Shown: piece by piece, positions 58,976-64,000 of the stretch | How the letters are laid out: each line of letters begins with the position of its first letter | Position numbering within the stretch: position 1 is the stretch's first letter | DNA from: Flavobacteriales bacterium | GTDB taxonomy: Bacteria > Bacteroidota > Bacteroidia > Flavobacteriales_D > JAUILH01 | Reading direction: 5' to 3' | Length of the DNA: 64,000 bases | Assembly (NCBI GenBank): GCA_964230215.1 | Contig: CAXRGQ010000016.1 | Location: 291,982 to 355,981, forward strand | Made by a program: the position numbers and the translations under genes | The notes under the pieces: model-generated | What the model was told of the DNA's origin: nothing | What the model saw: only the letters and a program-made list of their open reading frames with translations | The model's database searches: none

Positions 58976-59260
58976 TTACATTAAATTTTGCCATGCCCCT
59001 GCATTATGCGCTGTGATGTTGGCTCTTTGTAAATATGATTGTGCTTGTCCTGCTCTTCCTCCAGATCGACAAACCAGCACTACTTCTTCTCCCGCTTTAA
59101 GCTTTTTACTCCAAGACTCAATTTTATCCAAAGGCCAATTCTGCGATCCTTTTACGTGTCCACTTCTGAATTCTTGCGGTGTTCTTACGTCTATTACTTT
59201 AGCACCGCTTTCAACGATAGCTTTATAATCAACTTTAGTTCTATTAAATAATCCAAACAT
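58976..59260 (-). CDS. rhodanese-like sulfurtransferase domain protein
   Basis: Active-site loop CRSGGRAG. VIDVRTPQEFRSGHVKGS. The ATG at 59260 is preferred over the TTG at 59284. Confidence 0.8.
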   Translation of the reverse strand: MFGLFNRTKVDYKAIVESGAKVIDVRTPQEFRSGHVKGSQNWPLDKIESWSKKLKAGEEVVLVCRSGGRAGQAQSYLQRANITAHNAGAWQNLM

Positions 59261-59409
59261 ATTTTTTGTGTTGCGATGGGGCAAACTAAATCACTCCATC
59301 TATTATTATCATTTTTGTTACAACAAATTTACAGCGGGATCATTTATCTTGGTGTAACCAAGGTGACATAAAGGCATCAAACCTGTATTTTACATGGGAA
59401 TTGAGGCTC

Positions 59410-60042
59410 CTAAAATTCCATAACCTCTATTCTATTTCTTTTGATTTTCAGTTTGCCGTCCTTTTCCATCTTTTTAAGCAAACGAGAAATAACCACTCTA
59501 GAAGAGTTTAAGTCGTATGCTATATCCTGATGAGAAGTTTCTATTTCAGTGCTGCCAAGCACCTTCACCTTATCAGAAAGGTATTTAGAGAGACGTTCAT
59601 CCATATTCATAAAAGCCAAGCTATCAATAGCTTCTAACATTTCCGAGAGTCTTGAGTTGTAACTTTCAAAAACATAGGAACGCCAGCTTGGATATTTTAC
59701 CATCCAGTCGTCCATCTTATTTGTAGGAACCACCACAATTTCAGAGTCGATTTCTGCAATGGCGCGAATCTCGCTTTTTGTATTCCCCAAGCAACACGTC
59801 ATAGTCATGGCACAGGTATCTCCTCTCTCTAGGTAATATAAAACAAGTTCATCGCCATCATCATCTTCTCTCATTACTTTGATTACACCGCTTATCATTA
59901 TGGGCATCATTTCTATCTTCTGACCTAGATCAATGATAATATCTCCAGCCTTTATGACTTTCAACTTGCCACATTCAACAATTTCATCAATCAGTTTGTC
60001 TTCAAACAGAAATCCGTAGTTCTCTTGTAGTTTCTCTCTCAT
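59410..60042 (-). CDS. Crp/Fnr-family transcriptional regulator
   Basis: cNMP-binding-like beta-roll, then a C-terminal HTH (SHQDIAYDLNSSRVVISRLLKKMEKDG). No FNR-type N-terminal Cys cluster. Confidence 0.85.
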   Translation of the reverse strand: MREKLQENYGFLFEDKLIDEIVECGKLKVIKAGDIIIDLGQKIEMMPIMISGVIKVMREDDDGDELVLYYLERGDTCAMTMTCCLGNTKSEIRAIAEIDSEIVVVPTNKMDDWMVKYPSWRSYVFESYNSRLSEMLEAIDSLAFMNMDERLSKYLSDKVKVLGSTEIETSHQDIAYDLNSSRVVISRLLKKMEKDGKLKIKRNRIEVMEF

Positions 60043-60090
60043 TTCGGGTATAATTCGGATGGTAAAGTTACTGAATAATGGGGGATATCA

Positions 60091-60831
60091 TTAATGACAA
60101 GATTTTTTTGGAGGTGCTGGTGCTACTTCTCCATCAGCAGTGTTTTGCTGCTCTAATTTCATAGTGTCTTGATGTGGGCTAAGGTAAGGAATGTCCATCC
60201 CCAATCCCCTCAACACAAATAGAGCACCCACTATTATAGTCACCACTGGAAGAATTTTGGAAGGATTTAATTTCATCTTGGACACCATGAATCCTTTTAT
60301 TAAAGGAAGTGCCGCCATCATAGGAATAGTACCTAGGCCAAACAGTGCCATGTAAATGGCTCCGTCTACCGCGCTACCCGTTAGCAAAGCACCTGCTAAT
60401 GCAAGGTAAACCAAGCCGCATGGGAGCAAGCCATTCATTATTCCTAACAACAAAAAACCGAGTGAATTCTTAGAGGACAGTAAGGACCTAATCTTTGCCC
60501 GTAGCCATCCCATCCATGCGCTATTAGCAATGGATGATTTAAACGTTTTGGGAGCCACTAAGGGAAATAATACACTGAGCACCATTATGGCTCCTACAAC
60601 TAATGAGACACCTTGATGAAGCCCTGCGAGATGAATTCCCATTCCAAACATCCCAAACACAAGTCCTATGATTGCATAGGTAATGACGCGCCCCAAGTTG
60701 TACAGGCTTACTATAGACAGTTTACCTAAGGCACTTCTTTTTTCTATGGGCAACACCATCGTTATAGGCCCGCACATACCTGCACAATGCAGACTACCCA
60801 AAAAACCAAATATTAGTGCGGTTGCAAACAT
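60091..60831 (-). CDS. TauE/SafE / DsbD_2-like membrane protein associated with cbb3 oxidase biogenesis
   Basis: N-terminal FLGSLHCAGMCGPI motif and 6 or more TM segments. Its position after fixH/ccoG is typical of Flavobacteriia. Confidence 0.65.
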   Translation of the reverse strand: MFATALIFGFLGSLHCAGMCGPITMVLPIEKRSALGKLSIVSLYNLGRVITYAIIGLVFGMFGMGIHLAGLHQGVSLVVGAIMVLSVLFPLVAPKTFKSSIANSAWMGWLRAKIRSLLSSKNSLGFLLLGIMNGLLPCGLVYLALAGALLTGSAVDGAIYMALFGLGTIPMMAALPLIKGFMVSKMKLNPSKILPVVTIIVGALFVLRGLGMDIPYLSPHQDTMKLEQQNTADGEVAPAPPKKSCH

Positions 60832-60835
60832 ATTA

Positions 60836-61267
60836 CTATGGCTTTATCAATTGCTCGTAATAATAGGTCTTCCCTGCTACCTCAAGGTGAATTTTAATCA
60901 CATTATTGCCGTCGGCTAAATCACTAATTGGAAAGTTGAATGCCATTAAATTCTCTTTTATAGGATACTTTTTATCCTTTGCAGCATCACTAGGTACATA
61001 AATTTGAATTGCTCCATTCATCTCTTGTCCATAAAAGTCTGAAGGGAAGTTAACTACTACTTCTTCGTTTTGCTTTACTACATTGAAACCACCAATTAAG
61101 TCACTGGTGTTTTGTTTTGCTTTTATGCGTGATTGGTAATCCAGTTCTTGTTGGTAATAGTCTTCGGCAACTAAATCCGACTCAACGCTAAACGAATTAA
61201 TTACCATATATAGAATGAATGCCATAAAGGCCATCATTCCAAACATTAATCTATATCCCCAGTTCAT
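60836..61267 (-). CDS. FixH-family protein (CcoH-like)
   Basis: MNWGYRLMFGMMAFMAFILYMV N-terminal anchor. 143 aa, directly downstream of ccoG. Confidence 0.7.
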   Translation of the reverse strand: MNWGYRLMFGMMAFMAFILYMVINSFSVESDLVAEDYYQQELDYQSRIKAKQNTSDLIGGFNVVKQNEEVVVNFPSDFYGQEMNGAIQIYVPSDAAKDKKYPIKENLMAFNFPISDLADGNNVIKIHLEVAGKTYYYEQLIKP

Positions 61268-61270
61268 ATC

Positions 61271-62680
61271 TTATAGTATTGGTCCAATAAAATCTATTTC
61301 AACTTCATCAATTTTTTCGCCATTTGCATATACGCCGATATCCAAATACTCTTTTGCCTCATCGATCTCACTCTTCGGCAAAATGACGATAAAACGTCTT
61401 GAAAATTCTTCATCTTTTAACAAACGCCAATTGTCTCCAATGGTCTCAATCTTTCCGTTGCCAGATTCAATCTTAAGTTCTATCTCTAAGTCCTCACCCA
61501 TCTTGTTTACAACTGCTATATCGTAAATATTGGTGATTTCGCCCTCAGCTGTTTTTCCGTAATCAGACCCTCTTGCTCTAAGTACTGTTATCCCTAAGGG
61601 TGATCGGGTAAAAATGAGCACAGCCACTACAATAGTTAAGGCTGCTAATACAACCGTATAGGCTTTGGCTTTTACAGAGAATTTAAATGGAGTACGTGTT
61701 TTTATCGACTCATCAGAGGCATACCGAATTAATCCTGGCTCTAGCCCTGTTTTATCCATAATGGAATCACAGGCATCTATACATGCGGTGCAATTCACAC
61801 ATTCTAGTTGCGTTCCGTTGCGAATATCAATTCCCGTTGGGCAGACTCTAACACACAAGCCACAATCGATACAATCGCCTTTCCCTTCTGCTTCTCTATC
61901 CTCTCCTTTTCTGAATTTAGAGCGATTTTCTCCCCTTGCGTAATCATATGATATCACCATTGAGTTTTTATCCAGCAACACCCCTTGCAGCCTACCATAG
62001 GGACATACCGTTGTACAGACTTGCTCTCTCATAAAGGCGAACACAGCATAAAACGCAAATGAAAATGCTATTATGGCGATAAACCCTCCTAAATGCTCCG
62101 CAGGTGGCGCCGTGATAATGTTCACCAATTCATCACTTCCGATTATATAAGCCAAAAAGGTGTTTGAGATTAAAAACGAAATGGTAAAAAACAAAAAGTG
62201 TTTGAGCGATTTCTTAAAAATCTTATTCGCATCCCATTCAGATCTGTTTAGCTTCTTTTGATGATTAGCATCTCCTTCTATCCAATACTCAATGCGTCTG
62301 AATAGCATTTCCATGAATATTGTTTGAGGGCATACCCATCCGCAAAACAATCGGCCGAACACTAGGGTAAATAGGATAATACCTACTACACCTGTTATCA
62401 TCAATAGCGCAAATAAATAGAACTCCTGTGGAAAGAATACTTGTCCAAATAAACTAAACTTACGTTCAATTACATTGAACATGAAGATTTGATTTCCTCC
62501 AATCTTAATCCAAGGCATTGCAAACAAGAGAGTAAGTAGTATGTAACTCACAATCTTGCGTTTATTGTAGTAACTGCCTTTGGGTTTTACTGGATAAATC
62601 CAATTCCTCTTACCATCTTCGTTAACAGTAGCTATTCGGTCTCTAAATGACTCGTCTTTATGCTCCTCTTCTGCACTCAT
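61271..62680 (-). CDS. ccoG: cytochrome c oxidase accessory protein CcoG (4Fe-4S ferredoxin-type membrane protein)
   Basis: CGWVCPQT, CTTVCPYGRLQ, CIDCGLCVRVCPTGIDIR and CVNCTACIDAC cluster motifs. Confidence 0.9.
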   Translation of the reverse strand: MSAEEEHKDESFRDRIATVNEDGKRNWIYPVKPKGSYYNKRKIVSYILLTLLFAMPWIKIGGNQIFMFNVIERKFSLFGQVFFPQEFYLFALLMITGVVGIILFTLVFGRLFCGWVCPQTIFMEMLFRRIEYWIEGDANHQKKLNRSEWDANKIFKKSLKHFLFFTISFLISNTFLAYIIGSDELVNIITAPPAEHLGGFIAIIAFSFAFYAVFAFMREQVCTTVCPYGRLQGVLLDKNSMVISYDYARGENRSKFRKGEDREAEGKGDCIDCGLCVRVCPTGIDIRNGTQLECVNCTACIDACDSIMDKTGLEPGLIRYASDESIKTRTPFKFSVKAKAYTVVLAALTIVVAVLIFTRSPLGITVLRARGSDYGKTAEGEITNIYDIAVVNKMGEDLEIELKIESGNGKIETIGDNWRLLKDEEFSRRFIVILPKSEIDEAKEYLDIGVYANGEKIDEVEIDFIGPIL

Positions 62681-62694
62681 TTTTTTATTTAAAT

Positions 62695-63963
62695 CTATTG
62701 CAGAGTATCCAATACCAAAGTATCAGAAGTTACAGTGTCTGCCGGAATGGGTTCCAAGTCTATATCACTATCATTGTCCTGATCACCTTCATTAGCACCA
62801 TCTTCTATGAGTACTGCATTTTGCTCAGGCGCTTTACCTCCTTCAGCTAAAGTTATTGGGGTATCAAACTTCACTAGGATATATGATGCCACATTCTGAA
62901 TTTGAAGTGGGTTTAACTGTCCACTCCATGTTGGCATACCGTTTTCTCCTCCATCACTAATTACACCGAATAAGTCCCCAATTTGATTGCCGTTTATCCA
63001 GTACTTATCGGTTAGGTTTGCTCCCGTTCCACCTTGACCTCTGTCTCCATGACATGTAACACATTTTGCTTGGTAGATTTTCTCACCTTCTGACAATCCT
63101 GCACCATCTGTAATTAATACTGCTGAGCTTGATGTTATGTTCATTCCTGCCTTTTTCTTGTATTCATCTATTTCAATTTGAGCAGCTGCTACGTCCTTTT
63201 CATACTCTGCCTCTTGAAGATCACCTGTCTTTAACACATGATAGTGCATTAGGTATACCACGGCAAATACAATAGTTCCGTAGAACATCCATAACCACCA
63301 TGGCGGCAAGGTATTGTCTAATTCCTGAATTCCATCATACTCGTGGTGCATTAGAATATCCTTCTCTTCACTCACTTTCACAGACTTTGTAAGGAGATGA
63401 CTAAAGCCTTTAAACTTCTTGCGCATAATCGTCACACGCGGCGCTTTTATCCCTTTGTTCTCTAAAAGAGTATTCAACAAGTTCTTCATGTAAAGCGCTA
63501 CTCCCAGAAGAATTAGATCGATAGTAATCACGATCCATATCATTGTGTTAGAGATTCTAAAGAAGTGCTCATTCCCCATATCGTCGGGTATAACAACATC
63601 TGAGGAGAATCCATAAGCCGGTACCATCATTAAAAGAAGCAGAGTCAGCATCTTACCTGCATTTGAAGAATTATCCTTTTTGTCCTTGTATAAATCACTT
63701 GTTAGAATGTCTCTAATAGCAGTTGAAAGCGTTAGAATCATTGCGATTAATACCACAGCGATAACCAGCAACACAGTGACAATTTTAAGATTCTGGTCAT
63801 AGTCAGGAATTAACTCGTACTCAGCTTCCTCTGAAGGTGCTGATGCCGTTTCCTTCTTTTTATCTGCGGCTTCTTCTGCTGCTGCGTCATAGTCATCCAT
63901 GTATTGCAATGCTGCATCAATTTGCTCATTGCTCAAATCTTCAAACATTTGCATTTCGCCCAC
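62695..63963 (-). CDS. ccoP: cbb3-type cytochrome c oxidase subunit CcoP-like (mono-haem) with a long N-terminal membrane extension; start uncertain
   Basis: FixP_N motif HEYDGIQELDNTLPPWWLWMFYGT at about aa 207. Single CVTCH haem site and GMPTW. The nominal start is GTG and the frame stays open to the window edge. Confidence 0.7.
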   Translation of the reverse strand: MGEMQMFEDLSNEQIDAALQYMDDYDAAAEEAADKKKETASAPSEEAEYELIPDYDQNLKIVTVLLVIAVVLIAMILTLSTAIRDILTSDLYKDKKDNSSNAGKMLTLLLLMMVPAYGFSSDVVIPDDMGNEHFFRISNTMIWIVITIDLILLGVALYMKNLLNTLLENKGIKAPRVTIMRKKFKGFSHLLTKSVKVSEEKDILMHHEYDGIQELDNTLPPWWLWMFYGTIVFAVVYLMHYHVLKTGDLQEAEYEKDVAAAQIEIDEYKKKAGMNITSSSAVLITDGAGLSEGEKIYQAKCVTCHGDRGQGGTGANLTDKYWINGNQIGDLFGVISDGGENGMPTWSGQLNPLQIQNVASYILVKFDTPITLAEGGKAPEQNAVLIEDGANEGDQDNDSDIDLEPIPADTVTSDTLVLDTLQ

Positions 63964-64000
63964 AAAAGATGTTGGTCGGCTCTGCAGGTAGGGGTCGTCA

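Noticed and set aside
59346-59366. Palindrome CTTGG-TGTAA-CCAAG between the Crp/Fnr and rhodanese genes, considered as a Crp/Fnr box or a terminator.
   Set aside because: It does not match TTGAT-N4-ATCAA or TGTGA-N6-TCACA, has only a 5-bp stem and has no U-tract.

Overview
This 64 kb window looks like a chromosomal segment of a low-GC Bacteroidota genome, probably Flavobacteriia-like. The taxonomic guess is inference, based on type-A T9SS C-terminal sorting domains, SprB-type repeats, TAnnTTTG -7 promoter boxes, near absence of Shine-Dalgarno sites and many Bacteroidota-typical DUF families. Gene density is high and I saw no rRNA, CRISPR array, transposase or integrase.

Recognisable content:
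- A compact hisG-D-C-B-H-A-F-IE operon (19.8-26.7 kb, minus strand) with a His-rich leader peptide and a terminator/antiterminator attenuator.
- Two ECF sigma modules, at about 8 kb and 33-36.6 kb.
- A beta-propeller/Y_Y_Y PP2C sensor phosphatase and a giant WG-repeat protein.
- rocD, rlmD and aroK.
- tRNA-Lys(UUU), followed by a truncated UvrD-like helicase C-terminal remnant.
- A type II sulfide:quinone oxidoreductase.
- A 1671-aa LamG/HYR/SprB-repeat T9SS cargo protein and a T9SS-tagged S51 (cyanophycinase-like) peptidase.
- A split YeeE/YedE, USP, rhodanese and Crp/Fnr group next to the cbb3 oxidase maturation genes (ccoP, ccoG, fixH, TauE-like).

The best candidate for an undescribed system is a self-contained sigma-54 phosphorelay cassette at 48.6-54.9 kb. 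Its gene order is receiver, hybrid HK-REC-HPt, GAFTGA enhancer-binding response regulator, second receiver, then two small outer-membrane beta-barrel genes. Two near-identical -24/-12 promoters (TGGCAC-N5-T[A/C]GCA) each have a TTTTCA-N3-TGAAAA palindrome about 100 bp upstream.

All family assignments come from motif recognition by eye. No database search was possible, so every novelty statement is provisional.
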